Assembly: GCA_036172245.1 (NCBI GenBank)
Contig: JAYWIR010000042.1
Span: forward strand, 496,001 to 560,000
Reading direction: 5' to 3'
Length of the DNA: 64,000 bases
From: Raillietiella orientalis
Lineage: Eukaryota
The translations under genes and the position numbers were made by a program. Shown here piece after piece: positions 63,301 through 64,000 of the stretch; the first letter of the stretch is position 1, and each line of letters begins with the position of its first letter. Below the pieces are notes generated by a model. The model was not told the DNA's origin. It did no database searches and worked only from the letters and a program-made list of their open reading frames with translations.

Positions 63301-64000
63301 AGTGATGACAGATGGAGGGAATTCATGGACGCTGTTTTTGAAGCTCGAGAATGATCCAAGGAGAACGGAAAAGTTTAGAGCAAAAGGATGAGGGAAACTG
63401 AGTGAGAGCACATCGTGGAATTGAAAGACCTGAAAGAAACTTGGTTTCCTTTTTGGCTATTAAGGGATCAAACAGAGCATCTCTCCCTTATGAGAGGATC
63501 TTTAATGCGTTCTTATGTAAATTGGTCCGAGCTTCAAATGATTTTTTCAAAAAAATATTGCGTTTATAAAAGTCAAGAGGGATGGAAATCAGTTTGAATT
63601 TGCATCCGTTCATCATTTCACGCAGCATCCCAACGCAGCGTGTGCTATTTGATTCGTGCTCACTCGAGTTTTGCAATTCATCACGAACGAAGAATTTCTT
63701 GGCATTTGAGGATGCTCCTGAGTGTCTCAAAAGTTGGAAGAGCTGATCGATAATTGATGCTACCAAAAAGCTTCAAATTCATCCGAGAAGCCCGGGATGC
63801 TGAGCTTTCCTGCACGTAGGCATGTGGCGTGGCATAGCTCGAATTCTTGAGATCTTCGATTTCGTGGATGACAGGTCAACGTGGCTCCGTTCGAGGAATC
63901 GAGAATTTCCTTTTTTCCTACGAGAAGATTTGATTGGGATCTCTCTTCTGTGTTTCCAGGCGACCATTCTGCCTTTCCTGACCAAAGCTTATATAAATAA

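Noticed and set aside
1..64000. Prokaryotic defence systems, CRISPR arrays, rRNA/tRNA genes
   Set aside because: The sequence is intron-containing eukaryotic DNA; no repeat-spacer arrays or structural RNA signatures were seen.

Overview
Eukaryotic (animal, arthropod-like) genomic DNA with no prokaryotic genes, rRNA/tRNA or CRISPR arrays. The one clear host gene is a spliced bestrophin (Ca2+-activated anion channel) on the + strand. I reconstructed it from 7 homology-supported exons and 3 inferred C-terminal exons (14634-48775, about 494 aa, all GT-AG and phase-compatible). The rest is mostly transposon debris. (i) A 4.2-kb, 5'-truncated, pseudogenised L1/Tx1-type LINE (1756-5926, +) is flanked by a perfect 17-bp TSD and sits inside an older antisense LINE relic; an uninterrupted paralog of that relic at about 26.1-26.9 kb shows the empty site. 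(ii) An 818-bp fold-back mariner made of two inverted 3' transposase ends lies in bestrophin intron 1. (iii) Many very decayed L1-like RT relics are present, and several share a non-canonical G-x-[RK]-[ED]-(Q) motif where G-x-R-Q-G is expected. All homology calls are by-eye motif recognition; no searches were run.
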